From the NCBI RefSeq assembly GCF_009914755.1, contig NC_060925.1: 64,000 bases of DNA, one strand, 5' to 3'. Under the pieces are notes generated by a model that saw only the letters and a list, made by a program, of their open reading frames with translations, was not told the origin of the DNA and made no database searches. Positions 19,810 to 37,566 of the stretch are shown in pieces. The first letter of the stretch is position 1, and each line of letters opens with the position of its first letter. Origin of the DNA: the human T2T-CHM13v2.0 reference genome, Homo sapiens. A program made the position numbers and the translations under genes.

Positions 19810-20115
19810 ATAGACCACAGAGTATTTTTAGGGCAGTGAAGACACTCTGTATGATACTATAATCAGTGGATTTATGTCAATATGCATTTGTCCAAATTCA
19901 TAGAACATATAACACCAAGAATGAAACTAATGTGAACTGTGGACTTTACTTAATAGTGCTGATTGGCTCAGCAATTGTAACGAACATGCCACACTCATGC
20001 AAAGTGTTAATAACAGGGGAACTGAGTTGGGGCATATGGGAATTCTGTACTTTTGGCTCTGCTTTTCCTGTACACCTAAAACTATTAAAAAAATAATAAA
20101 GTCTACTAGTTAATT
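19810..20115 (+). mobile_element. L1MC-type 3' end fragment
   Basis: ttttagggcagtgaa..actctgtatgatactataat...cctaaaactattaaaaaaataataaagtcta. Confidence 0.8.
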
Positions 20116-20125
20116 AAAAAATCAA

Positions 20126-20404
20126 GGCTGGGTGCAGTGGCTCACACCTGTAGTCCCAGCACCTTGGGAGACCAAGGCAGGTAGATTGTGTGAGCCCAGG
20201 GCAGCACAGCAAGACCCCATCTCTATAAAAAATTTAAACATTAGCTGGGCATGGTGGTGAGCCCTTGTAATTTCAGCTACTCAAGAGGCGAAGGCGCAAA
20301 GATAGCTTGAGCCTAGGAGTTTGAGGCTGCAATGAGCTATGCACACGCCGCTGCACTCCAGCCTGGGCAACAGAGTGAGACCCTGCCTCAAAAAAAAAAA
20401 AAAA
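20126..20404 (+). mobile_element. AluJ
   Basis: Diverged dimer with A-tail. Confidence 0.9.
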
Positions 20405-20593
20405 TTCAAACAGCACAGAACTAGTATATGATGTGAACATCTTAGGCCATTATTGGGCACCGAAGAGGCTTTGGGTTGCATTTCTTCACTCATCAGCATG
20501 GGTAAATCATTGCAGAGCTTGAGTGTGGACACCACCAGGGGAAACAAGGTTGGGAGTAGCAAGGAATATGGGAAACAGAGACAGTGAATGGGA

Positions 20594-20675
20594 CCTGATA
20601 GTGAATAGAGCCGGCTCAGCCGGCCTCCCGGCCTGACAGTGAATAGGCTGGCTCAGTTGGCCTCTGGGCCTGACA
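20594..20675. repeat. Degenerate tandem duplication, ~38-bp unit
   Basis: cctgatagtgaatagagccggctcagccggcctcccgg / cctgacagtgaataggctggctcagttggcctctggg / cctgaca. Confidence 0.85.
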
Positions 20676-21310
20676 CAGTCTATGTGTCTTAATTTTTTTC
20701 AGTAGCCCCAGTGTTCAGAGCTTGCTGGCTGTGATGTCACACTTTCCTTGATGATGGGATTGCAGTCATCCTCGCGCCTACCTGCCTGGCTGCAGGAAGC
20801 TCTATTCACTTCTAGGCTGTTCTCCCCAGGGCCACTTCCTTGTCTGCAAATCCATGTGAGCCAGCCCTTGTGCTCTGATTCCAGACTTCACCTCCTGGAT
20901 TCCTGCAGGCTACCTCTGCTGCTTCCCAGACCTTTCCCTCCCATCCCTCTCGGGGTGAGCTCTGACCAGGCAGTAACTTTCAGCAGGACACCGCTGCACG
21001 CTTTGGAATCACAGAAGGCAATGACACCACAGAATGTAACACTGGATGCCAGACGCGCCTGCCTGTGAGTCCCAAGGCCTGAGTCTCTTTGGAGAGTCGG
21101 TTCCCCACTGGTGCCTCTGTGCATGCCATGGCCGGCCACATGTGGGACGATACAGATGACACGTGTGTCACACCAAGGCAGGATCAGAAGAATGTTTGAG
21201 ATTTCAGAAAAAAAATTCAAGAAGTCATTATGGGAAGACCAGAACTTTGAGGGGTCAGAGTTGTTGGCGCTTAACCTCTTAAATTTTAGTTTACGATATT
21301 AAAAACTTAG

Positions 21311-21593
21311 AGGGCGGGTGAAGTGGCTCATGCCTATAATCCCACACTTTGGGAGGCTGAGGCAGGCGGATCACTTGAGGCCAGGATTTCAAGACCAGCC
21401 TGGCCAACATGGCGAAACCCCGTCTCTACTAAAAATACAAAAAATTCGCCAGGCGTGGTGGCGCACATCTGTAGTCTCAGGAGGTGAGGCACGAGAATCA
21501 CCTGTGGGAGGCAGAGGTTGCAGTGAGCCAAGATCGCGCCACTGCACTCCAGCCTGGGTGCCAGAGTCAAGATTCTGTCTCAAAAAACAAAAA
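21311..21593 (+). mobile_element. AluS (small internal deletions)
   Basis: TSD aaaaacttagag. Confidence 0.93.
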
Positions 21594-22407
21594 CTTAGAG
21601 ATTCCTTGTTTCTCTTTTAAAAAGTCAGATGGTGTCGTGACAGTGTGCATTGGCACCAGGTGTCTGGCGCTGGGCAGGGCTGTCTTTTCGGGCAGATGTG
21701 CTCTTTTGAGCTCACCAAGGCCCCTCCACGCCCCACAACCTGGATGATGACACCATCTCATTTTTTAAGCTTCATATTAAGGGCATTGGGTGTTCCCAAT
21801 TAGCAGGTTGCGCTGGTGGCCAAAAGTATTTCTCAATCACGTAGAGTTTTTCTGGGACCTTCCTTGTTCATGGCTGAGTAAAAACAGGCCCTACCATCTA
21901 ATCATTTAGACTCTCCTTTTGTGCCCTTTCTGCCCCAGGGTCTTGGAATGTGAAATTCCTTGAACAGCCATAAAAACCATAAAGTTGAAACTTTTCAATA
22001 TCAATAGAACAATCAGAAAGGTGCCTTTTCTGGGTCTGTTTTAGAGTTGACTCAAAAACACAAATTCTAATCCCGCAGAGAACTGCTTGTGTTGAAATAT
22101 TTACAGAAGGTCAGGGGTTTCTCCTCCCGCCTGGAGCAGAGAAGTGAAGCTGTGGGCCGTGGTTGAGCGAGGCTGGCCTCTCAAGCCTTGTTTATTCTGG
22201 AAATAACTTTGGAAAATGCCTCATATGGTTCCCCAGAGGCCTGGAGGTGGGCCTGTACAGTTCACGACAAACGAAAACAAACCATTCCTCTGCAATGTTT
22301 AGCAGAATTTATTAAAAAGATCTTTTTTAGAACTTCTAGACAGAGCTGATGGACTAGAAATGAACTTGCAAGTGTGAGGAAGTCACTCCACGGAGTGACA
22401 CACACGC

Positions 22408-22411
22408 AAAA

Positions 22412-22450
<39 letters not shown>

Positions 22451-22452
22451 AT
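22408..22452. repeat. (AAAT)n tetranucleotide STR
   Basis: About 11 perfect units, not attached to an Alu body. Confidence 0.95.
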
Positions 22453-22702
22453 ATATAGTTCACCCAACTTTGTAACTGATTTAGATGGTGGAAATTTTGT
22501 AAAGTCCACCGCAGCACAGCAGTTTGAAAGAGACACTTGTTTGTTTTCATCAATCCCCAGAATGAAATCATTCCCTGAGGACCGGGTTAGCTGCTTCCTT
22601 CCCGGCATGGCCCTGCCTCTTTAAACTCATTCCCGGGGGGGACAAGACTGTTGCCTGATGCAGCAGGGGCAGCCAGCAGAAGCACTCCTGGCTGCTGGAT
22701 GA

Positions 22703-23142
<440 letters not shown>

Positions 23143-23798
23143 TGCATCTTTTGCATTCCTAGACACCTGACTCATGGAGCATTTATGAGGGCCTGGTTGC
23201 CTCTGAGGGTCTCATGCTTTTTGTCAGCCTCTCTCTCTGCCATTACTCTGATAAATCTCCCCCCTCTGCCGCTCTGTTCTCCTGAAGGGACCAGTTCTAG
23301 GACCTGGTGTAGGGTCTGTGGGACCCAAAGTTCACCAATGAGTTCTTCCTTGAGATTTTTTAAGCAGGACCTCGGAGAGAAAATCCACGTTCCTCCACAC
23401 TCTTGGAATTTTTAGGGCGTGGGCCTGGCGGCTGTTGATAGACAGGGCTCCTGCGGAGGAAAGCCTCTAAGAAGCCTCAAACCCCAGCAGTCCAGCTGAG
23501 ACCATTGTGTTGTCCCAGTGTGTGACAGTGAGGGGACACTCAGGACACACAGAGTCGTGGTGGAGCGAAGCTTCTGGGCCCGCACCCTCCTCATGTGAAC
23601 ACTATGTCTGCCTTTCCTGCAGTGTGCTCACCTGGGCCTGCACGGAGCTCTTCTCGCCTAAGCTGGTTTGAATTCAGTTGGCATCACTTACAATGAAAAG
23701 GGTCTTAAAGATAAATATGCACATCACTGAAATGCTCCTTTATGGTCTAAAAAAGAAGGTCAAACTTTCATGTTGATAAGAATTATTTGAAATTTGAG

Positions 23799-24108
23799 GC
23801 CGGGTGCGGTGGCTCACAGCTGTAATCTCAGCACTTTGGGAGGCCGAGGCGGGTGGCTCACCTGAAGTCAGGAGTTCAAGACCAGCCTTGCCAACCTGGG
23901 GAAACCCCATCTCCACTAAAAAATATAAAAATTAGCCGGGCATGGTGGCACATGCCTGTAATCCCAGCTACTCAGGAGGCTGAGGCAGGAGAATCGCTTG
24001 AACCCAGGTGCTGGAGGTTGTGGTGAGCCAAGATTGCGTCACTGCACTCCAGCTTGGGCAACAGAGCGAGCCTCTGTCTCAAAAAAAAAAAAAAAGAAAG
24101 AAAAGAAA
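23799..24108 (+). mobile_element. AluS
   Basis: TSD gaaatttga. Confidence 0.95.
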
Positions 24109-24279
24109 TTTGAATGTGTACATCTAGCCAATGATGGGAAAAATCTAAAAAAAATTAAATACAAAGTGCACATCTTTGGTCTGGCTGCAGATTTATTCAT
24201 TGCAGCTTTTAAAAAGTTTACATTCTTTTCCAAGTATAAAACCCTTTTTAAAAAAATGTTGTAACGATATTATTGTGAC

Positions 24280-24520
24280 AAGTGTTGGCATTTATTGAGT
24301 GTTTACTATGTGCCAGGCACTACTTTATATTTGCATTGGCTCTTTTCATCCTCACAGAAACCTGTGAGTCCCTACTGTTATCTCCCTCTTTTTGTAGATG
24401 TGGAGACTGAGTCACAGAAAGGAAAGGTTAAACGGTTTCTCCCGAGTTACACGGCTAGTAAGTGGCAGAGGTGGGACTTGAACCCAAGTGCCTCTGCAAA
24501 GTTCAGGGACTGGGCTTTGA
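24280..24520 (-). mobile_element. MIR SINE
   Basis: catttattgagtgtttactatgtgccaggcac...ttttgtagatgtggagactgag...ctagtaagtggcagag. Confidence 0.85.
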
Positions 24521-24556
24521 ATATAGAAATATTTAGTAAGTATTGAAAACCATTAA

Positions 24557-24920
<364 letters not shown>

Positions 24921-24937
24921 TAAAAAATGTTTTTTAC

Positions 24938-25435
24938 TGTCGAGTAGGGGTTCAGGACAGACTGCCCCCAAATATGCCACTTTGGAATGTTGGTGATTTT
25001 GAGCAGAAAGCACTGGAAAACAGTAAATGCAGAGACATGGTTTCCCTGAACTCCTCTCATCTGCCCAAAGGCAGAGCCTCCAAAAGGACATCAGTTGTCC
25101 TAAGTCCCCTCCCCAGAAGTCAGCAAGGGCTGCCTTAACATCCGGACAAACTGCCACAAACCCTCGTATCTCCCATCTAGTCTTCTAAAGGCCCATTTTT
25201 CTTTCCTAAAAATCATTTCCTCTCCTCACAGTAGCCCACATCTCCTCTCCCTTTTCTCTGTTAAGATGGCATCACTTTTTTGTGATATTGTTTTTTTCTT
25301 CCTATGATGGCCCCTGTGCACATATTAAAAATTAATAAATTTGTTTACCCTTTTTCCTGTTAAATCTGTGTATTGTCAGTGTATTTCCTAGACCCAGCTA
25401 TCGAACCTAGATGGTAAAGTCTTTCTTCCCCTGAC
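24938..25435 (+). mobile_element. ERV1 solo LTR, MER34/MER39 family
   Basis: ggggttcaggaca..ccccaaatatgccactttgg...ttaataaatttgtt..tttcctgttaaatctg..tcttcccctgac. Confidence 0.7.
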
Positions 25436-26779
25436 TCTATTTCAAAGCAATAAAAAAGTTTAAAATGCCCCAAAAGACATAGTTTACTCTATGATTGGAT
25501 TATTAGAAGACGTTAGCCCAGGGAGGTTCTACTCTGTTTTTCAGGGGTGGAGCTGGTACTAGAATTCACAGCCTGGTTTTCATCCCAGCTGGGCCATTCC
25601 ACAAATGGAACTTTAAACAAATACTTCTCCTCGAAGTAGAAGCTGGGTTGGGGTCTGGTCTTGAAGGATGGATCTGAAATGGCGGAGGAGAGCCTGGCGA
25701 AGCCCTCCGGCCTCCTTCCCAACGGGTCCCAGCTTTTTGCCACTTCCCTACCTTGTATTTGGCTACTAAGGAATCTAATCTGTCCAGTTTTTTATCTTGG
25801 TCATCCATAGTGTTCTATAGATCACATAGAAAGATGGTTACAATGTTCAGCACCTCTTGCTAAACATCCTGTCCTGGAGGCACATGGAGAAGGTTGACAA
25901 AGCCTCATTCCTCTGAAACATTTCATGCAACGGATTTGGTTGAAACCCCAGATTGTGATCTGGAGTCTTTAGCAACTGTGCTCATTTCCTACCTTGAGCA
26001 TTTCATTTTTGAGCAACTAGAATAACAACTGGTCTTTTTTAGTCTTGACCAAAGGGGGATAAGGGAACCAAAAATCCTTCGCTCCTCGTTTCCTGTTAGA
26101 TTGTGAAACAAAAAGGTAAACATTTAACGGAATGTGGCAGCTCAGAACAATTACCCCTATTGTGGCATGAACACTGATTTCTATTCCTTTTTACACAAAC
26201 TCCTTCCGGTAGAGAAGCTGAACAAAAGAACGTGCCAGCCCAGCCCGTGGGCTCCTCAGGCCGATCAGATCGGGAAGTGAGAAACGCCGGCAGAGATTTG
26301 CTCTGGGAAAGTTTGTAGACATTTTCAAAGTCAAGGGTGAAGTGTCCTTGGTTTACTTAGAATCGTTTTCTTTAAAGGAAATCACTGTCACAACTTCAGA
26401 AGCCCCGACATGCCTGTGTAGTTATGAGAAGGGATGAAGGCTTCGCATAGCTTCATAACCTTGTTATTAAGAGTCTGGAACTCAGTGACTGGCTGGGTGC
26501 TTGACCCTTTGTTCAGTAGCCTTGGCAAGTGCTCTCATTTTCTTCCTTTTTAGGTTTCCCCACTGCGAGCCCTTCGAGAACAATGTCATGTTGATCGATG
26601 GCAGTGACTCACACCAGACCTTTCCATGCCTCCTCTGCAAGGACTCAAGAGAGTCGAGAGCAAAACCGTGCCATAGTTCCATAAGGAGGGCAAAGAGCTT
26701 TATCCACGCTGAGGAACAGGCGGATCATGCGGCTACAGCACTGGTCTTTACCTTTTAACTGCTTGATTCGAAACATTCC

Positions 26780-27100
<321 letters not shown>

Positions 27101-27149
27101 AGAAATAGTCCAAGACTAGGGAGAAAACCTTCTTTGGGGTCAGTGTGAA

Positions 27150-27370
27150 CCATTCTTTCATTTGTTCAGCAAATGCTTACTGAGGAGCTACTGTGTCCCT
27201 GAAATTGCCTCCACCTCCAAGAAGACAGTGGTGAGCAAGTCAGACAATACCTCTAATCTCATGGTATTTATAAGTAAATGGGCCGTTAAAATTACCAGAT
27301 CAGAAGTGCTGTGTTCAGCAAATAGAGGCTCATGGGAAACTCCTAAGAAGGGCTTCTGAGCTGGACTTGG
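27150..27370 (-). mobile_element. L2 3' fragment
   Basis: cattctttcatttgttcagcaaatgcttactgag..ctactgtgtc. Confidence 0.6.
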
Positions 27371-27710
27371 GGGTCAGGAAAGGCAGAATGAGGGGGCTGA
27401 CTCATCCAGACTGGGGCGGGGTTGGCGGGGGTGCCTCCCACTTACTATCTGTCTCCTTCTAGACTGACTTCTCTGTCATCATGAATACACCCCTTTAAGA
27501 CATACATTTAAGAGAAAATAAGAGGATGCCTTATTTATTTAAAGGTTTGTTACATTTTTACTAACAACCACATACCTAAAGGAAAGTCGCAAGTAGAGCT
27601 CAAAAACATTTTTCTCTGGGGCAGTGAAGAGTCAGTTGCCAGCCAGAAGGCCCACTGAGCCTGAGCACTTCAGGGTGTGCTTCCTACAGATAAGGACATC
27701 CTCCTGCATA

Positions 27711-28251
27711 ACAGGAAAGGGGTCCTGATCCAGACCCCAAGAGAGGGTTCTTGGATCTCGCACAAGAAAGAATTCCGGGTGAGTCTGTAAAGCGAAAGCC
27801 AGTTTATTAAGTAAAGGAGTAAAAGAATGGCTATTCCATAGACAGAGCAGCCCTGAGGGCTGCTGATTGCCCAGTTTTATGGCTGTTTCTTGATGATATG
27901 CTAAACAAGGGGTGGATTACTCATGCCTCCCCCTTTTAGACCGTAGAGGGCAAGTCCTGATGTTGCCATGGCGTTTGTAAACTGTCATGGAGCTGGTGGG
28001 AGTGAAGCAGTGAGGATGACCAGAGGTCACTCTCGGCACCATCTTGGGTTTTGGTGGGTTTTAGCCAGCTTCTTTACTGCAACCTGTTTTTTCAGCAATA
28101 TCTTTATGACCTGTATCTTGTGCCGACCTCCTATCTCATCCTGTAAATTAGAATGCCATTACCATCTGGGAATGCAGCCCAGTAGGTCTCAGCCTTATTT
28201 TACTCAGCTCCTATTTAAGATGGAGTCGCTCTGGTTCGAACGGCTCTGATA
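27711..28251 (-). mobile_element. MER41A solo LTR (ERV1)
   Basis: Reverse complement tatcagagccgttcgaaccagagcgactccatcttaaatagg...ggggtctggatcaggacccctttcctgt. The ~540-bp length fits MER41A. Confidence 0.88.
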
Positions 28252-28464
28252 TAACTGCTGCTCAGCCATTGACGTCGGGAAGGTAGCACAGGCTCATTGC
28301 CACCACTGAACCCTCAGACCCCACCCAAGTGTTGCCAGTTGTTCCAATAATGTCCTTTATGGTGAAAGGACCAGATCCATGGTCACATATTGCATTGAAT
28401 TGTCACGTCTTCTTCTTTAGTCTTCCCTCGACCTACATGACCTTGCCATTTTTGGAGATAATAG

Positions 28465-29523
<1,059 letters not shown>

Positions 29524-30136
29524 ATAGGACACTTGCTTTGTAGCCTGCACTTTGGTTTTCATTTCTCTGATGTGCCCTCACGGTTAGGGCCAAGTGATGC
29601 ATCTTTAGTGGGAATAGCTCAGGAGTAGTGCGGTCTTCTTATTGTATTATAACACATGCGGTGGCATTTGTTGGCTCAGCTTCTACACTGTAAAGTTGCT
29701 CTTTTTGCCTCTTAATGAATATGTATCTTGAGGGAGATACTAAAAAAAATCCCTTTCCTCATCAAATTCTGCATGTGTTCAGTATGGATTCATGGCTTTC
29801 TATTTTATCCACTAGGTTATAATCTGTTGCCATCTTTATTTTAATACTCAAATTCTCCCATATTCAGTGACCACCTCAAGCTGACTTCTGTATCCTTTTG
29901 ACACATCTCAGTCATTCTTTGAGCACTTCCTTTTTTGCTGAGATGGGTACATGTTCTAGGCCCACCCTGTGCTTCCCCTGTCTAGTCTGGAATCAGCCGT
30001 TTCTCAAAGGAGCTTTTGGTGGAGAATGGTGTTTAGAAACCAAGATCTGGATAGCAGGTGTGCTCGCTGTGATTGGGCTATTGCTGCTCCCAATCCTCTA
30101 GATAGCCAGAACAACAACATAAAAACATGTATGTTT

Positions 30137-30456
<320 letters not shown>

Positions 30457-31055
30457 TTACTCACACCAAAATACCTTCAATTCCAGCCCAGTACCACAGG
30501 ACTTATTCTAGTTTTCTCTCTTTTCATATTTGTATCTCCTTTCTCTGACAGTGAGACCATGGCTCCCATTATTCTAAGTATACTGACTTATTTGACTAAT
30601 CCCCTGTAGATGATCAGTCTCTCCTGCCTTCTCCCCCACCACATGTGGACACCCTCCTCACTCTGCCTGGCCCTAACACCCCGTGCTGGGTCTTCAACAT
30701 GCACAGAGGCCCTCCTGACCCCACTCGGGCTCTGATCTTCCACACCAGACCACCCCTTCACACGGGCCCCCTCCTCCCACATTTGGGCTCCGAGTCCCCA
30801 GGCTGAGCTGCCCTTTACCTTGCTTGAACTCTGACACCCCATGCCAGGTCTCGGCCTTGCGAGGACACCTTTCTCACCTTATGCTGGAGCTCCCTGGCAC
30901 AGACTGCCTTGCACTGTGCTTGACTTTGCCTGCTGCCTGGATGCACTCCTCACCATGCCTGGGCCCTGAAATCCCACTGCAGGCCATTCTCACACATGGA
31001 TGCCTTCCCTACCCTGCTTGGGCCCTCACTCCCATGCTGACTCCCTCTCCCCCAT

Positions 31056-31710
31056 TGTATTAATCCATTTTCATGCTGCTGATAAAGATATACCTGAGGC
31101 CAGGCACAATGGCTCATGCCTGTAATCCCAGCACTTGGGAGGCAAAGGCGGGTGGATCACCTGAGGTCAGGAGTTCGAGACCAGCCTGGCCAACATGGTG
31201 AAACCCTGTCTCTACTAAAAATACAAAAATTAGCTGGGCATGGTGGCAGGTGCCTGTAATCCCAGCTACTTGGGAGGCTGAGGCAGGAGAATCGCTTGAA
31301 ACTGGGTGGCGGAGGTTGCAGTGAGCCTAGATTGCGCCACTGCACTCCAGTCTTGGGGACAAGAGTGAGACTTCGTCTCCAAATAAATAAATAAATAAAA
31401 ATACATACCTGAGACTGGGCAATTTACAAAAGAAAGAGGTTTAATGGACTTACAGTTCCATGTGGCTGGGGAGGCCTCACAATCATGGTGGAAGGTGAAA
31501 GGCATGTCTCACATGGTGGCAGACAAGAGAAGAGAGCTTGTGCAGCGAAACTCCCCTTTATAAACCAGATCTTATGAGACTTATTCACTATCATGAGAAC
31601 AGCACGGGAAAGACCTGCCCTCATGATTCAGTTACCTCCCACCAGGTCCCTCCCACAACACGTGGGAATTCAAGATGAGATTTGGTTGGGGACACAGCCA
31701 ACCCATATCA
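31056..31710 (-). mobile_element. THE1 (THE1B/C) solo LTR with internal Alu
   Basis: tgtattaatccattttcatgctgctgataaag...gggacacagccaacccatatca; perfect 5-bp TSD cccat. Confidence 0.92.
31098..31401 (+). mobile_element. AluSq-like inside THE1
   Basis: TSD atacctgag; ggggacaagagtgag; (TAAA)n tail. Confidence 0.95.
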
Positions 31711-31833
31711 CCCATGCCTGGATGCCCTTCTCATGCTTGGGTTCTGTCATCTGCACCAGGCCTTCTGCTGCCCGTCTGTCTTACCCACCAGGACTCTGAC
31801 TCTCCACGCTGGGCCACCTCTCTTCTCCAACAC

Positions 31834-32196
31834 TGCTATGGATTGAATGTTTATGTTATCCCCAAATTTGCATGTTGCAATCCCAATCTCCAATGCCATA
31901 GTATTAGGAGGTGGGGGCCTTTGGGAGGTGATTTGGTCATGAAGGTGGAGTCCTCACAGCTGGGATGAGTGTCCTTCTATAAGAGGCTCCAGTGAGCTCC
32001 CTCGCCCCTTCCACCATGTGGGGACACAGCGAGAAGATGCTGTCTATGAACCAGGAAACCGGCCCTTGCCAGACACTGAATCTGCACTTTGATCTTGGAC
32101 TTGCAGCCTCCAGAACTGTGAGAAATAAATGTCTATCGTTTATAAGGCACTCGGTCCATGGTATTTTTGTTAAAGCAATCTAAACGGACTAAGACA
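31834..32196 (+). mobile_element. MLT1A0-like solo LTR
   Basis: tgctatggattgaatgtt...agaactgtgagaaataaatg...ggactaagaca; TSD aacac/gacac. Confidence 0.88.
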
Positions 32197-32772
32197 GACA
32201 CCTACCTTGCTCTACCAACCCTTCATGATATTAGAACTGAATTGTTCAGGAAGGAACAAAAAGGGAAGGGAAAGAGAAAGGGAAACAGAAAGGAAACAAG
32301 AGGAAGAAGAACGTGAAGAAGACAGGGAGACCATTTGCTTTTTCTTAGCTTCCCTTTTTTGTTATACCCTATTATCTGTCATCATATCAGACCTCACGTT
32401 ACATTGCACAGGCGCCCCCAGCTTAGCCACCTTCCCCATCCCTCTCTTCTGTTCACACTTCCACTCCTCCATCTCCCTCCTTCCCCAGATCCAATGATCT
32501 ATCCATCTTGGCCTCAGCCCTCTTGGAATCAGCTCCAGAGTGTGCAGGTCTGGACTGTCCAGTTTGTCAGCCTCATTGAGAACCAGTTATCTGAAAAGAA
32601 TGAGGAATTTTAACTTCTCTCTAGAGGATAGTGAAGACATAGGACATGTGATACCTCAGATGTAATACCCTGTGATTATGAGACTGTTTCTCTGCAAGGG
32701 CAAATAGAGATAAACATGTCCTTTTAAGGTTTTTACCAGTTTTTAAAATGATAGCTAGCATTAGTATTTATC

Positions 32773-33083
32773 TTTTTTTTTTTTTTTTTTGAGGCAGGAT
32801 CTCCTTCTGTCGCCAGGCTGGAGTGAAGTGCTACAGTCATAGCTCACTGAAGCCTTGAACCCCTGGGCTCAAGCAATCCCCAAGGTTCCTGCCCCAGCCT
32901 TCCAAGTAGCTGAGACTACAGGTGTGTGCCACCACACATTGTTAATTTTTATTTTGAATTTTTTTATAGAGAAGGGGTCTTGCTATTTTGCCCAGGCTAA
33001 TCCCAAACTCCTATCCTCAAGCAATCCTCCTTCCTTGGCTTCCCAATGTGCTGGGATTACAGGTGTGAGCCACTGTGCCCAGT
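32773..33083 (-). mobile_element. AluJ
   Basis: Diverged dimer; TSD tagtattt. Confidence 0.9.
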
Positions 33084-33234
33084 CTAGTATTTCTCTTTGA
33101 TTCAGATCGTTTTCATTTCAGTAAGTGTAGATATTCATTACTTCAGTATTATATCAATTCAACATTCCTAAAACTAATTAAGAATGTTGGAAAAAACACA
33201 ACTAAATTAATACTAAGACTTACTACAGACTCAC

Positions 33235-33535
33235 TTTTTATTTTTATTTTATTTTGTTTTTGAGACAGTCTGTCACCCAAGGTGGAGGGCAGTGGTGTGA
33301 TCTTGGCTCACTTCAACCTTTGCCTCCTGGGTTCAAGCAATTCTCCTGACTCAGCCTCTTGAGTAGCTGGGATTACAGGTGCCCACCACTATGCCTGGCT
33401 AATTTTTGTATTTTTAGTAGAGCCAGGGTTTCACCATGTTGGCCAGGCTGGTCTCGAACTCCTGACCTCAGGTGATCCACCCGCCTCGGCCTACCAAAGT
33501 GTTGGGATTACAGGCGTGAGCCAGCACACCCGGCC
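33235..33535 (-). mobile_element. AluSx-like
   Basis: Full dimer. Confidence 0.95.
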
Positions 33536-33711
33536 TATTAGAGACTTTAAGAGTAGAAATATACCCCCAGATTTCTGTTAGCATTTCAAAAGGAAGCTTG
33601 AATCAATACTATTTGCTTCCACTAGAATTAATTCGTAAACAAAACCAAAAACTCTCAAAACAATTGAGCCTGTAATTTATTTCCGTTGAAATTTTAATTT
33701 TACATTACATT

Positions 33712-34038
<327 letters not shown>

Positions 34039-34117
34039 TCAGTTGGGAAATGGTATGTGTTAGAAATTTTAAAAATAGAAGTAAGACCAGGACAACCACA
34101 GAAAGTTCTAACACAAA

Positions 34118-34838
<721 letters not shown>

Positions 34839-35033
34839 ACAAGCATCCAGAGCCTTGCATGGACTAAAACGTCTCCATCCCCGGCTTCTATTCTGGGGTA
34901 ACTGCATGAGCACCTCAGAGATCAAACATCTCGAAGATGAGAGTGGCCTCATTTAGAAATCTTAGAAATCTGTGGCCATGTCCCAGTGAGATGTGCTTTC
35001 GGCAGGTATCTCAGCCAAATGACAACACTGGTA

Positions 35034-35344
35034 TTTTATTTTATTTTATATTTTTAGGGAGAGGCTCTCACTCTGTCGCCCAGGTTGGAGCGCAGTGGCA
35101 CGATCATGGTTTGCTACAGCTTCAACCTCCTGGGCTCAAGTGATCTTCCTGTCTCAGCCTCCAGAGTAGCTAGGACTACAGGCACACCACCACCTTGGCT
35201 AATTTTTAAATTTTTTGTAGAGACTCAGAATATTGGGTCTTATTATGTTGCCCAGGCTGGTCTTGAACTCCTGGCTTCAAGCCATCCTCTCGCCTTGGCC
35301 TCCCAAAGTAGTAGGATTACAGGCGTCAGCCCCAACTCATGGCC
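35034..35344 (-). mobile_element. AluJ
   Basis: Diverged dimer. Confidence 0.9.
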
Positions 35345-35405
35345 AACATTAGTATTTTAGCATTTATTTCAGTATCAAAGTTCCACTTTAAAAAACATCA
35401 GTATA

Positions 35406-36047
<642 letters not shown>

Positions 36048-36344
36048 TCAAATTCATGAAATGGAGAATAGAAAGATCAAAACTAAACATCTATAACACA
36101 TCCCAGAGCATTTCTTGGAGCTTAGCTTATCTTGGCTTAGCTGCTTCCTTTATCTCCAGGGCACCCCCGGGGCCCTGACTAGCAGCTTTGTGACCCTCGA
36201 AACACACAGAGTGGTTCCACTGTCCCCCCTTGAGTGAGGGGCTTTGGTTTTGGGGTGGGGGCAAGAGGATTTGGTAGGGAATAGCAGGAGGAAAGTGATG
36301 ATGACGGCTGGGGGGCTTGGGACAGGAGTGGGGAAAGGGATTGA

Positions 36345-36727
<383 letters not shown>

Positions 36728-36769
36728 CACACTGCTGTTTTGACACATGAAAATACTATGGTATCAAAG

Positions 36770-36920
36770 GGCCACGAGGAAACTACGAGGGTGATGGGTA
36801 TGTTCACCGACTTGATTGTGGCAAATAGTTTTAGGGGTGAATTCCTATGTCAAAAGTATCTACTCACCGTTAAGTGTTTATGTTTGTTTTATTCGATGTC
36901 TCAATAAAGCTGTTTATAAA
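36770..36920 (+). mobile_element. L1ME-type extreme 3' fragment
   Basis: gggtgatgggtatgttcac..cttgattgtgg...ctcaataaagctgttt. Confidence 0.6.
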
Positions 36921-37242
36921 AAACACTAAGGTATACAAGAATGCTAAAGCCTGTATTGCAGTTGCTAAAATGTGTCAAAATATAAACAGGTCTACCTGAC
37001 ACTGGGCTTTCTGTTGGGCATGGGGAGGGCCTGGGTTAGTAATTTATCTATAGGTCATGGGTGGCCTCAAGGATCTGAAAGGCCTCAGGTGAATTATTTT
37101 TATGGGGTCTGGCAATTAGGCTAGAGGTCCCCATTTTGTGCATTTAATTAACCCTTGAATGCAGGTGTCAGGGAGGAAAAACGTTGCCTCTACCCTCCTA
37201 TGTTATATGATTAGGGGTCTGCGAATTAAACTACCAAAAGAC

Positions 37243-37566
<324 letters not shown>

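Noticed and set aside
30620-31830. Degenerate ~55-bp GC-rich repeats (tggatgccctcctcacc..ctgggctctga-like)
   Set aside because: They resemble the internal tandem-repeat region I recall in L1MC4-type 3'UTRs and lie inside that remnant. They are not a CRISPR-like or novel array.
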